Assembly: GCA_944326585.1 (NCBI GenBank)
Contig: CALVEN010000007.1
Coordinates: 282-64,281, forward strand
Reading direction: 5' to 3'
DNA: 64,000 nucleotides
DNA from: Candidatus Gastranaerophilales bacterium
GTDB lineage: Bacteria; Cyanobacteriota; Vampirovibrionia; Gastranaerophilales; Gastranaerophilaceae
Positions 27,210 through 36,151 of the stretch are shown here, piece by piece. Within the stretch, counting starts at the first letter, position 1, and each line of letters starts with the position of its first letter. The translations under genes and the position numbers were made by a program. The notes beneath the pieces were generated by a model, which saw only the letters and a list, made by a program, of their open reading frames with translations, did no database searches and was not told where the DNA came from.

Positions 27210-28283
27210 ATGGTTAAAGAATCTGATATTAAAATTCCTAATCAAATGCTAACAATTATATCTGAACTTGACGAGTTCAAAGGCAGCTGGAAACTTTTAG
27301 GACAAATGATGCCCGAAAGGTTAAAGACACTCAAAAAAGTGGCTACCATTGAAAGCGTTGGTTCTTCTAACCGTATTGAAGGGAATAAGCTTACAGATAA
27401 GCAGGTTGAAAAGCTTTTATCCAATATAACAAAACAATCTTTTGCTACGAGAGATGAGCAGGAAGTTGCAGGATATGCAAGGTTAATGGATACAATTTTT
27501 GATGACTATGAAGTTATTCCATTGACAGAAAATTATATTAAGCAGCTGCATAAAATACTTTTGCAATATTCAACAAAAGACGAAAAACAAAGGGGTGAAT
27601 ATAAAAAGATTTCAAACGCCGTTGCCGCTTATGATGAAAAAGGTCAGGAGCTTGGTATAGTTTTTGAAACGGCTGCTCCTTTTGAAACACCTTTGAGAAT
27701 GGAAGAGCTTGTTAATTGGACAAGAAAAAACCTTGAAGATAAATTTTTCCATCCTTTAATTGTAATCGGGATTTTTATTGTCGAGTTTTTAGCAATTCAT
27801 CCGTTTGAAGACGGAAATGGCCGATTATCAAGAGCGTTGACTTGTTTATTACTCATGAAAGCCGGTTATACTTATATTTCTTACTGTTCACTGGAAGCAG
27901 TTATTGAAGATAACAAAGAGGGCTATTACAGAGCATTAAGACAAACACAAACAACATTGAGCAATAAAAACCCTGATTTTGAACCGTGGCTGTTATTCTT
28001 TTTGAAATCATTACAAAAACAGAAAATAAGGCTGGAATACAAATTAAATCAAAATAATATCAGTACAAATTCCAATACATCTGATTTATCCGAATTAGAA
28101 TATAAAATTTTAAAATATTTTGACGAAAATGAAAGCGGAACTATTTTAAAACTTGTCGAATATACCCAATCAAATAGAAATACAATTAAAAAAGCCGTTT
28201 CAAGTTTAGTTGATAAGAAATATTTGATTTTACATTCAAAAGGGCGCGGAGCCTGGTATTCTAAAGTAGATAACCATGCATAA
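27210..28283 (+). CDS. Fic/DOC family protein with a C-terminal winged-helix domain
   Basis: Canonical Fic motif HPFEDGNGRLSRAL. The track start TTG 27183 lies inside the -10 box, so ATG 27210 is preferred. Confidence 0.88.
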   Translation: MVKESDIKIPNQMLTIISELDEFKGSWKLLGQMMPERLKTLKKVATIESVGSSNRIEGNKLTDKQVEKLLSNITKQSFATRDEQEVAGYARLMDTIFDDYEVIPLTENYIKQLHKILLQYSTKDEKQRGEYKKISNAVAAYDEKGQELGIVFETAAPFETPLRMEELVNWTRKNLEDKFFHPLIVIGIFIVEFLAIHPFEDGNGRLSRALTCLLLMKAGYTYISYCSLEAVIEDNKEGYYRALRQTQTTLSNKNPDFEPWLLFFLKSLQKQKIRLEYKLNQNNISTNSNTSDLSELEYKILKYFDENESGTILKLVEYTQSNRNTIKKAVSSLVDKKYLILHSKGRGAWYSKVDNHA

Positions 28284-28439
28284 AATCTTTGAAGAAGCTA
28301 TTGAAACTTAAAGGACTCTTTTTATTTACGGAAAAATTTTTTAAAAATTGCATTAATAAATTTTTTTAAATAGGCAAAAATCAGCTGCCGCCTTGGGAAT
28401 GCTATTAAAAAGAGGCTATAAAAAGCCTCTGAATTTTAA

Positions 28440-28835
28440 TGGTGGAGACGGTGGGACTCGAACCCACGTCCAAAATGGACCAACATAAACCTCTACGTGT
28501 GTAGATACTCATTTTCTCGGCTGATTCAGGAAAGTATCACTACCCTTAAATCAGCCAAAGTATTTTTTTCGGAAATACTTAACCTTTAATGGTTATCTTG
28601 ATACGCCTACCATCATCAACGTACTGCGTCTTGCATAAGTGGACCCCAACAGCCGGCAAGCTGGGCTATTGAAGTGGCTGACTGCGTCTTACGCAGCAAG
28701 AGCGTATGCTCTTGAAAAATCAGCTTTAATTACGTTGTCTTTAGCATTTAATTTGCTATGCTCGTTGATAACCGAGAACAGCGCTCGGACACGCAGCTTA
28801 TATCAATCATCATCCTGTCAAATCCGGACGTCCCC
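28440..28835 (-). ncRNA. ssrA: tmRNA (SsrA), one-piece
   Basis: 5' GGGGACGTCCGGATTTGACAGG. 3' GACGTGGGTTCGAGTCCCACCGTCTCCACCA. Acceptor stem GGGGACG/CGUCUCC with G3:U. Tag reading frame AKDNVIKADFSRAYALAA* (GCT AAA GAC ... GCT GCG TAA). Confidence 0.93.
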
Positions 28836-28846
28836 ATGAAATGTTA

Positions 28847-28972
28847 TTTGGGACGTCAGCTCCTGTGGAGTTTTTATCAAAACTCTTACGTCGCTATTGT
28901 TGAGTAAAGTCTTGTCTTGCAGTTCTGCAAGCCAGACTTTTACTCCGGCTTACGCCTTTTCGGACGTCCCCA
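28847..28972 (-). other. Structured segment upstream of ssrA that repeats the tmRNA 5' end
   Basis: Minus strand: TGGGGACGTCCG (28972-28961) ... CTTGCAGAACTGCAAG hairpin ... GCTGACGTCCCAAA (28860-28847). The outer arms are complementary through the GACGTC core. Confidence 0.5.
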
Positions 28973-28994
28973 TATTTCAAAGTTCAGTATTTAC

Positions 28995-29022
28995 ATTATA
29001 AACGTAATTTTTTAAATTTCAA
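28995..29022 (-). promoter_or_regulatory. Sigma70-like promoter upstream of ssrA
   Basis: Minus strand: TTGAAA (29022-29017), 16-nt spacer, TATAAT (29000-28995). Confidence 0.55.
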
Positions 29023-29206
29023 GCCCTTTAATTCATGTTACGAAATGTAAATACAAATTTATTTTTGTCTGAAATTCTTGTGCGGCGGTGGATTTGACTC
29101 CATAAAAAATAGTATTTTTAAATTTTTATATTAAAGAAAATAATAAATCATGACGTAAACAGGGTATATAGAAGGTTATGATGTGTAATACGAAAGGAGA
29201 AAACTC

Positions 29207-30754
29207 ATGCCGGGTCCTGATAATTTTAACAGTGGATTTTTATGGGGAAAGAAAGATGTACAGACGGATTATGTTTCAATAACGCCTGAACAACAGGCTG
29301 AAATTGACAAAGCTAATGCAAATGCTGAGGCGGCGAGAAATTCTGAGGCGCTACAGCAAGGTTTGAGTAATAAACAACCTGATTTGGATAAAGGTGTCGT
29401 GTTTGAGAGAAGTAATTTGCCATTGCTGACTGAAGAACAGGTTTTAGCAAATCAGGGTGAGATTCGACCGGCAGACCCGTGGATTACCAGAACTTATAAT
29501 AATACTGTTTATCATGTGAGAAATTTTTTCAAAGAACTCGGAAAATCTGTTCTGGGCGGTGGTTTACTTGTTGGTGGAGGCGCTTTGATGCTTCTTGGTT
29601 CAATGCAGTCTTGTTCAAAAGAAGAGCCTATGTCTCCTCCGGATGCTGGTGCCAGTGTTACATTCCTGCGTAAGGATGCGGCAGATTATGTTGTTAATTA
29701 TTTGAATACTCACGATACAATAGTTAATGTTCAAACAGGTGAAGAAATTCCGATATGTAAAGAAACTGATGACGGTGTTAAATTTACATACGGGTATGAC
29801 TATGATGCAAAAACTGATGCGGTAAGTCCGTATATAGATTTCGGCAACGGTTTGAAACTTCCTATTTTTATGGATCCTTTGCCGGATTTAACTGACGGGA
29901 ATATAATTGATTATATTAATATTATCGGTGATGAACTGGCTACATCTGACGGAGTAAATTATGACTTTAAGCTTGAAGATGACAAAGCTCAGGTAGAATT
30001 TGACAACGGATTAACACATAATATTGGTGATGATATAACTTTGAATCCGGACGGTACTACAGCAAAATTATCTGCAATGTTGGCAAGTGTAAACTTGGCT
30101 CAACCGGAACAAAATTCCACTAAAATTGCATTGGAACTTGAAACAGGTGAAGGTTCATACGGTAACGGTACCCCCGGGTTTGCAATGAATATAGTAACAC
30201 CTGCACGTCTTAAGGATATTACATCAGGTAATCCGACGGTTAAAGGTAATGTCGGCGGATATGATTTTGAAGGTCAGACTAAACAGGCTCAGTCAGGTAC
30301 TTTACAGCTTGAAGTAAACGGTAAAATTATATCTAATGCACAAGACGGTATTATTATTAAAAATGCCAACGGTGATGAAGTTTATATGCAGGCAGAAAAA
30401 GGTTTTGACCTACAGTCACAGTGGGATGAACCCGGTCAGGATTACAATTTATTTGACGGTGTTGTTGTTTATGTCAAAGAAGCCGGTTCTGATGTGTTTA
30501 AAGAAAAATTCATTATGTCTAAATTCGATGATGCACATACCGATATTGGCATAATTGACAGAGAAAACGGTGCTATTGTACAAAATTATCCAAGTACTAT
30601 GACTGCATTTGATACATATGGTGCAATTGAGGCTGAAGATTATTATAATGATAAAGAGGATAATTTGAATGATGCCTATACTACGGCTGATTCCAACTTC
30701 AGGTATTTGAATCAATTTGAAGCCCAAGCGAATGCCGATGTTGATATTTACTAA
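29207..30754 (+). CDS. Hypothetical membrane-anchored or lipoprotein-like protein (515 aa)
   Basis: AAGGAGAAAAC before the ATG. One hydrophobic segment ends in ...LLGSMQSC after a ~120-aa N-terminal region. No domain recognised. Confidence 0.6.
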   Translation: MPGPDNFNSGFLWGKKDVQTDYVSITPEQQAEIDKANANAEAARNSEALQQGLSNKQPDLDKGVVFERSNLPLLTEEQVLANQGEIRPADPWITRTYNNTVYHVRNFFKELGKSVLGGGLLVGGGALMLLGSMQSCSKEEPMSPPDAGASVTFLRKDAADYVVNYLNTHDTIVNVQTGEEIPICKETDDGVKFTYGYDYDAKTDAVSPYIDFGNGLKLPIFMDPLPDLTDGNIIDYINIIGDELATSDGVNYDFKLEDDKAQVEFDNGLTHNIGDDITLNPDGTTAKLSAMLASVNLAQPEQNSTKIALELETGEGSYGNGTPGFAMNIVTPARLKDITSGNPTVKGNVGGYDFEGQTKQAQSGTLQLEVNGKIISNAQDGIIIKNANGDEVYMQAEKGFDLQSQWDEPGQDYNLFDGVVVYVKEAGSDVFKEKFIMSKFDDAHTDIGIIDRENGAIVQNYPSTMTAFDTYGAIEAEDYYNDKEDNLNDAYTTADSNFRYLNQFEAQANADVDIY

Positions 30755-30785
30755 AAAAAAGAGTCCTGCGGGACTCTTTTTTTAT
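30754..30785 (+). terminator. Rho-independent terminator
   Basis: A-run, GAGTCCTGCGGGACTC hairpin, T-run. Confidence 0.85.
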
Positions 30786-30799
30786 GCTATAATTTCGTT

Positions 30800-31204
30800 A
30801 TGAAAAAAACTCTGGCACAATTTGTTCAGGAAAAAAGGGATAATTTAGGACTTTCACCAAAGGGGCTGGCATCACGGTCAAACCTTGATTTAGCTTTGAT
30901 TGAAGATATTGAAGCAGGAAAAGAATTGTTTTTATCAGTGACCGTAAGACAAAATCTCGCTAAAGGACTTAAATGTCATCCGGAAGAGATAAGGAGACTG
31001 GAAAAGGATTTTAGAAATGATTTTGTGTCGCCGCAGATTATTGAAAGCCTTAAAGATTTGATATTAAACGGTGCGGGCGGGCTTAAATGTCCCAAATGCG
31101 GTGCGCCTCTTGTGACAAAAATTGAGCGGATGTACGATTTGGAAGATAATCTTGTCTTGCATCCAAAAGCCCATTGTACAAAGTGTGTTTTTCAAATTCA
31201 TTAA
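30800..31204 (+). CDS. XRE-type HTH protein with a C-terminal zinc ribbon
   Basis: N-terminal HTH (LAQFVQEKRDNLGLSPKGLASRSNLDLALIEDIE). C-terminal CPKCG...CTKC. Confidence 0.65.
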   Translation: MKKTLAQFVQEKRDNLGLSPKGLASRSNLDLALIEDIEAGKELFLSVTVRQNLAKGLKCHPEEIRRLEKDFRNDFVSPQIIESLKDLILNGAGGLKCPKCGAPLVTKIERMYDLEDNLVLHPKAHCTKCVFQIH

Positions 31205-31230
31205 AAAGCACCTTTTAAAAGGTGCTTTTT
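31204..31230. terminator. Bidirectional rho-independent terminator
   Basis: AAAAAGCACCTTTTAAAAGGTGCTTTTT between convergent genes. Confidence 0.85.
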
Positions 31231-31233
31231 AAG

Positions 31234-32115
31234 TTATTCATCATCTTCTGTTTTAACCATTTCATCATTCAACAGGGCATCAATTTCGTCTTTGGTAATT
31301 GCATCTGCTTTGACTTCAATATAATGGTCTTCTGTCGGCGGGTATTCAGGTGTTCCCGGTGATAAGAAACCTACTAAAAGTACGTTTTCGCCGTATTGAT
31401 CTTTATTGAGGTAACCTCTGCCGACAACACCTTTTTGTACGTATTTGCCGTTGTATTCACCTGAGGTTGCTTTAGGATATACATAAATTGAATCTTTGCC
31501 GTTTGAATGAGCGAAAGTTTTGAATCCGTCCTCATTGAACATCAAACCGCTTATGTTATCAATCTCGGTTCCGTCAGGTTTTACAATTGTAATTTCACCC
31601 GGTTTAACTTTTGTTATGCGGATGTCATTTTTGATTGTATCAGCAATAACATGGTCATAGCGGGTTTCGTATTCGTTTGATAACGGGAGGTTTAATTCAA
31701 TATATTCCGGACGGTTAAAATCCCATTGTCTTTTGCCTTCGGCATATCTTAAGGCTTTATCTGATTTGTCGCCGTTGAGGTCATCTATAGGAAGGTCTAA
31801 ATAATCATTTCCCCATGTGAGGAGAGAATCCTGAACTGACCAATCCAAAACAGGTTCTTCGTCTTCCGGCGGGCATGGCGGGTAAAATGGCATTTCAACT
31901 GATGCACTTGCGCTCACTTCAATTTTATCGCATGATGTCGGAAGTGTTGCGACAGGGACTAAAAATAATGCTGCTGCAACCGGTCCTGATAATTTGCTCA
32001 TAAAACGATTTGAGGGTTGTGCCTGTTGGATTTCAGAATTTTTCTTTTCGGCTTTCTTTTCTTTTCTGCCTTCAAAATTTACATTGCTGAAAGAATTTAT
32101 AGCGTTAACTTGCAT
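31234..32115 (-). CDS. Hypothetical membrane-anchored or lipoprotein-like protein (293 aa)
   Basis: ORF with GGAGG before the ATG. Hydrophobic segment ...AAALFLVPVATLPTSC after a ~40-aa charged N-terminus. Confidence 0.6.
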   Translation of the reverse strand: MQVNAINSFSNVNFEGRKEKKAEKKNSEIQQAQPSNRFMSKLSGPVAAALFLVPVATLPTSCDKIEVSASASVEMPFYPPCPPEDEEPVLDWSVQDSLLTWGNDYLDLPIDDLNGDKSDKALRYAEGKRQWDFNRPEYIELNLPLSNEYETRYDHVIADTIKNDIRITKVKPGEITIVKPDGTEIDNISGLMFNEDGFKTFAHSNGKDSIYVYPKATSGEYNGKYVQKGVVGRGYLNKDQYGENVLLVGFLSPGTPEYPPTEDHYIEVKADAITKDEIDALLNDEMVKTEDDE

Positions 32116-32210
32116 GTCAGATGCCTCCTATAATTATGATTATACTAAAAACAAACACAAAAATACTTGCTAATTCTAAGATTGTGGCTTTACATTTATT
32201 TACAAATATT

Positions 32211-33227
32211 TTATTGCTGTGAAAGTTTTTCTCTGACAAGTTTTTCGATTTCAGCAAGGATATCGGGATTTGCCGCAAGATATTCTTTTGCTTTATCTCT
32301 GCCCTGTCCTAATTTTTCATCATTATAGCTGAACCATGCGCCTGCTTTTTTAACAATATCAAGGTTAACCGCAACATCAAGAATATTGCCGATTTTGCAA
32401 ATACCTTTGCCGAAAATAATATCAAATTCAGCAGTTCTGAAAGGAGGAGCAACTTTATTTTTTACAACCCTTACTCTGACGTGGTTTCCGACGTCGCCGT
32501 CTTCACCTTTCAAACCTTCAACGCGTTTAATTTCCATACGAACGCTTGCGTAATATTTCAAAGCGTTGCCGCCGGTTGTTGTTTCCGGATTTCCGTACAT
32601 AACCCCGATTTTCATACGCAGCTGGTTAATGAAGATAACGGTTGTATTTGTTTTTCCGATAATACCGGTGAGTTTTCTCAAAGCTTTTGACATCAAACGC
32701 GCCTGCAAGCCCATTTGCTGATCTTCCATAGAGCCTTCAATTTCGGCTTTAGGCACAAGTGCAGCTACGGAATCCACAACCACAACGTCAACAGCACCTG
32801 ATCTTACCAGTTCTTCCGTAATATCAAGAGCTTGTTCACCTGTATCAGGCTGCGAAATTAATAAATCATCAATTTGGACGCCGAGATTTTTCGCATATTC
32901 AGGATCAAGAGCGTGTTCTGCGTCAACAAATGCCGCAATGCCGCCGCGTTTTTGGCATTCGGCAACTATATGCTGCGCAAGTGTTGTTTTACCTGAGCTT
33001 TCAGGTCCATATATTTCTATAATACGTCCGCGGGGAATTCCGCCGATACCGAGTGCAATATCAAGTGCCAAAGCCCCTGTCGGAATTGCGTCAACATTTA
33101 CTGTCGCTTTATCTCCGAGCTTCATTATGGAGCCTTTACCAAAATCTTTTTCAATTTTTTCGATGGCTAGTTTAAGTGCTTTGTTTCTTTCTTCTGTATT
33201 CGTTGTGAGTTCTTCTTTTACGGCCAT
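32211..33227 (-). CDS. recA: Recombinase RecA
   Basis: GPESSGKTT Walker [11 protein letters not shown] and [32 protein letters not shown] are highly conserved RecA blocks. Confidence 0.97.
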   Translation of the reverse strand: MAVKEELTTNTEERNKALKLAIEKIEKDFGKGSIMKLGDKATVNVDAIPTGALALDIALGIGGIPRGRIIEIYGPESSGKTTLAQHIVAECQKRGGIAAFVDAEHALDPEYAKNLGVQIDDLLISQPDTGEQALDITEELVRSGAVDVVVVDSVAALVPKAEIEGSMEDQQMGLQARLMSKALRKLTGIIGKTNTTVIFINQLRMKIGVMYGNPETTTGGNALKYYASVRMEIKRVEGLKGEDGDVGNHVRVRVVKNKVAPPFRTAEFDIIFGKGICKIGNILDVAVNLDIVKKAGAWFSYNDEKLGQGRDKAKEYLAANPDILAEIEKLVREKLSQQ

Positions 33228-33238
33228 TTTCTATTCCT

Positions 33239-33715
33239 CTATTCCCATACGTGGCGTTCTTTTTTCTTATATAAACCCAAACCGACGTGTTTGTAACTGT
33301 TCAGGTCATTTTTTAACTGATAAACTTCTTTATTCAAATCAATAATTTTTTGCTTCAAAGTTTCGTTATCGGTTTTGCAGCGGATAAGTTCAACCACAAC
33401 CTCATCCATTCCTTCAAGTTTTTCATCAATAACTTTTGCAATTTTATCGCTGAGGGTTGTTTCCATATTTCGTATTGATGTCAAAATATTAGCTACTGCG
33501 GAGGTGTTTCTTTCAACCGGATAGGACATTGTTTTTTGAGCTTGAATTTCTCTTAAATGTTTTACTTCATCATAAGAAAAATAAGTTTGACCTTTAGCAT
33601 TTTTTTTAGGCAAAATAGATGCCCGTTTGCAAAGGTCTACAATTTCTTTGTTATCAGCGTTAAGAATATTTCTCACTTGCTGCGGTGATAAAGTTTTAGC
33701 TCCTGTGTCTTCCAT
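33239..33715 (-). CDS. Hypothetical protein with an N-terminal MerR/excisionase-like HTH and a coiled coil
   Basis: 158-aa ORF directly upstream of recA. ...GQTYFSYDEVKHLREIQ... resembles a MerR-type wing. The C-terminal half has a heptad-like pattern. Confidence 0.45.
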   Translation of the reverse strand: MEDTGAKTLSPQQVRNILNADNKEIVDLCKRASILPKKNAKGQTYFSYDEVKHLREIQAQKTMSYPVERNTSAVANILTSIRNMETTLSDKIAKVIDEKLEGMDEVVVELIRCKTDNETLKQKIIDLNKEVYQLKNDLNSYKHVGLGLYKKKERHVWE

Positions 33716-33830
33716 TTTTTTTCATATCCCTCAAATTTTCCCCACTTATATTTTATTAAATTTGTTGAAAAAAGACAAATAATTTAAGTATATTCTTGTT
33801 ACATCGCTTAATATAATAAACTTTATTTAA

Positions 33831-33858
33831 AAAAAAGCCCCTGTTTGGGGCTTTTTTT
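33831..33858 (-). terminator. Rho-independent terminator after rpmB
   Basis: AAAAAAAGCCCCTGTTTGGGGCTTTTTTT, symmetric A/T flanks. Confidence 0.8.
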
Positions 33859-33881
33859 AACTGTTTTAACATACTCAAGAA

Positions 33882-34073
33882 TTATATTGCTTTTTGGACT
33901 TTTCCTGCTCTTAAGCAAGACGTGCAAACTTTAATTCTTTTAGTTTGACCGTTAACAACGGCTTTTACTGTTTGCAGGTTAGGTTCTTGAGTGTGTACGA
34001 TTTGTTTATGCGAAAAGGTTAATTTCGCTGCTTTAATCGGTTTTTTACCGCAAATTTCACATTGTTTTGACAT
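33882..34073 (-). CDS. rpmB: 50S ribosomal protein L28
   Basis: MSKQCEICGKKP...SHKQ....Q.PNLQ...........R.KVCTSCLRAGKV is a typical L28. Confidence 0.88.
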   Translation of the reverse strand: MSKQCEICGKKPIKAAKLTFSHKQIVHTQEPNLQTVKAVVNGQTKRIKVCTSCLRAGKVQKAI

Positions 34074-34154
34074 AATTTTATTCCTTTTCTAGCTAGTTGT
34101 GTAATTTAATAATATATTAAAAATCAAAATAATCAAGAGTCATGTTAAATTCGC

Positions 34155-34724
34155 TTAACGTATTTTCCTGCCGAGGGATAATCCTGCCGGAAGATTAAGT
34201 ACGACGTTTTCGTAATCGGGGTGATTATTTATTCCGTCAATAAAGCTTTGGGTTTTTTCTTTATGCGAAAGTATATTGTCACAGCATATAAATCCGCCCG
34301 GTACCAGATGCGGGTGGATTAGATTAAAATATTCTATATACTCTTTTTTATTTGCATCAATAAATGCAAAATCTATTTTGAAATCCTCCGGTAAATCCTT
34401 TAAAACATCACAGGCTGAGCCTTGTATAATTGAGATTACGTCATTAATTCCGCAGGTTTTAAAATTTTCTCTCGCAATGGAAAATCTTTTTTCCCAGAAT
34501 TCAATTGTTGTTAAATGTCCGCCGGTTTCTTTGAGCGCTTTGCCAAGCCATATTCCGGAATACCCGTTTGAAGTGCCGATTTCCAGTGCATTTTTACAGT
34601 TTGCGGCTTTTATAAGCGTATAAATAAATTCACCCGTGACTCTTGAAATATTCCAAAAATTTTTCTGTGTTTTTTCAAGTTCTGATAAAATATTTTCCGT
34701 GGTTATGTCAAAATATTCCGTCAT
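34155..34724 (-). CDS. Class I SAM-dependent O-methyltransferase (caffeoyl-CoA OMT-like)
   Basis: ALEIGTSNGYSGIWL SAM-binding loop, FIDANKKEY, and typical length. Confidence 0.75.
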   Translation of the reverse strand: MTEYFDITTENILSELEKTQKNFWNISRVTGEFIYTLIKAANCKNALEIGTSNGYSGIWLGKALKETGGHLTTIEFWEKRFSIARENFKTCGINDVISIIQGSACDVLKDLPEDFKIDFAFIDANKKEYIEYFNLIHPHLVPGGFICCDNILSHKEKTQSFIDGINNHPDYENVVLNLPAGLSLGRKIR

Positions 34725-36151
34725 TTGTTAATTTTCGGCACCTTATCCGTTACTACTATTGTTCTTATGGGAACTTCTATGGGGCTTATTTTAATTACTT
34801 CTTTTTTTATCATATCCAAAACGCAATAAATTGACGCTCTTGTGTCTGAAATTATTGCGAGATTGGTTCCTTCAATCGGATATATATTCGTCGCAAAACC
34901 GTTTGTATTTAAATAAATAGTATCGGTCATTTCGTCCGTTTTTGTGTCAATAACCTGAATTACATTGCCTTCGGCTCCGAGAATGAAAATATTATTTTCA
35001 AACGCCAGCATATCAACAGGTTTTGCCGTTATTTCAATTTCCGCAATCAGACCGTTTGTGTCGTAATCTATTATTGCTAGGTGATTTTTGGTGCGGCTTG
35101 TTATGTATAATTTGTTATTACTGAACGCTATTTTAGACACATTCGGGAATTTTCCGATATCCTTTAAGAGGTAATTGTTATCAAGTTCAATTGCCCAGAT
35201 TTCGTTTGTTTTTTTGTCAACATAAAATATTTTTGTACCGTCAGCGCTGAGCGTTAATCTTTCGCACATGCCGTTTATTTTTATTTGTTTTGAAAGGGTC
35301 ATTGTTTCAAGATTTACTATATAGATGCTTGAATCCTCCGGACTTGAAACATATGCTATTTTTTTAGCATTATCAACAAGGATTTCTTCGGGATGAGTTG
35401 TAAAAAGAATTTCCTTTATTACATCTTCATCGGCAAGAGATATAACGTTCAAGGCGTTGCTTCCGAACCCTGTTACAAGCAGAAATTTATTGTTGTATCC
35501 TTTCATGGAATTCGGCACATGTTTTTGGGAAAGCGCATAAGCAGGTGATTTGCTTTCGGAATTTATTACCTGAATGTTTTTTGAATATCCGGTTGCTATA
35601 TAAAACGTTTTGTTTTTAAGCGCCGGAACAGGAGTTACGGAGGTTTGCACATTTGTATGTTTTACCTGCGGAACTTCAACTTTTAATCCGGGATTTTCGT
35701 CAAGTGTAATATTGAGGTTCCCGATAATTCCCTTTAGATTTTCCGGAATAATTAATCCGCGTGGGACAAGCATATCCTGAGGTAAAAGACCGTTTCTTAT
35801 TTCATCCGGAGCATTAACAGGTGAAATTACGGTTTTTTTACCGCTTGCGTCGTTAATTACCTTCAACAGTGCAAAATTGTTATTGAAAATTATTGCCTCG
35901 GGTTTATCTTTTAACCTTTTATTCGCCGGAATTGTGGATTTGATGATGATATTATCGACCTCCTGAGGTTTTGCCGGAAATAACGGCAGATAAAGAGTTG
36001 CGTCAGGTAAAATTATTACCCCGTCAAATCGGAATTCCGTTTTAGGAAATGTGGAATTGATATAATTTTGCATATTTGCAGGAATTTTTGCGGCAAAACT
36101 TATGTTTGTGCTTATAAAGATAAAAAAGAGTAATAATATAAGTTTACGCAT
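34721..36151 (-). CDS. Secreted beta-propeller repeat protein (YVTN/YncE-like)
   Basis: Signal peptide MRKLILLLFFIFISTNISFA. Repeated ~40-aa blocks (...YVSSPEDSSIYIVNLET..., ...FYVDKKTNEIWAIELD..., ...LYITSRTKNHLAIIDY...). Confidence 0.6.
   Translation of the reverse strand: MRKLILLLFFIFISTNISFAAKIPANMQNYINSTFPKTEFRFDGVIILPDATLYLPLFPAKPQEVDNIIIKSTIPANKRLKDKPEAIIFNNNFALLKVINDASGKKTVISPVNAPDEIRNGLLPQDMLVPRGLIIPENLKGIIGNLNITLDENPGLKVEVPQVKHTNVQTSVTPVPALKNKTFYIATGYSKNIQVINSESKSPAYALSQKHVPNSMKGYNNKFLLVTGFGSNALNVISLADEDVIKEILFTTHPEEILVDNAKKIAYVSSPEDSSIYIVNLETMTLSKQIKINGMCERLTLSADGTKIFYVDKKTNEIWAIELDNNYLLKDIGKFPNVSKIAFSNNKLYITSRTKNHLAIIDYDTNGLIAEIEITAKPVDMLAFENNIFILGAEGNVIQVIDTKTDEMTDTIYLNTNGFATNIYPIEGTNLAIISDTRASIYCVLDMIKKEVIKISPIEVPIRTIVVTDKVPKINK

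Noticed and set aside
28639-28839. 66-aa plus-strand ORF
   Set aside because: It lies entirely within the tmRNA gene on the opposite strand.
32938-33345. 135-aa plus-strand ORF across recA. Similar shadows occur at 34276-34623, 36871-37185, 56054-56347 and 57053-57484.
   Set aside because: All are antisense to strongly supported genes (recA, the methyltransferase, dnaJ, gatA). Their composition is that of complementary-strand artefacts.
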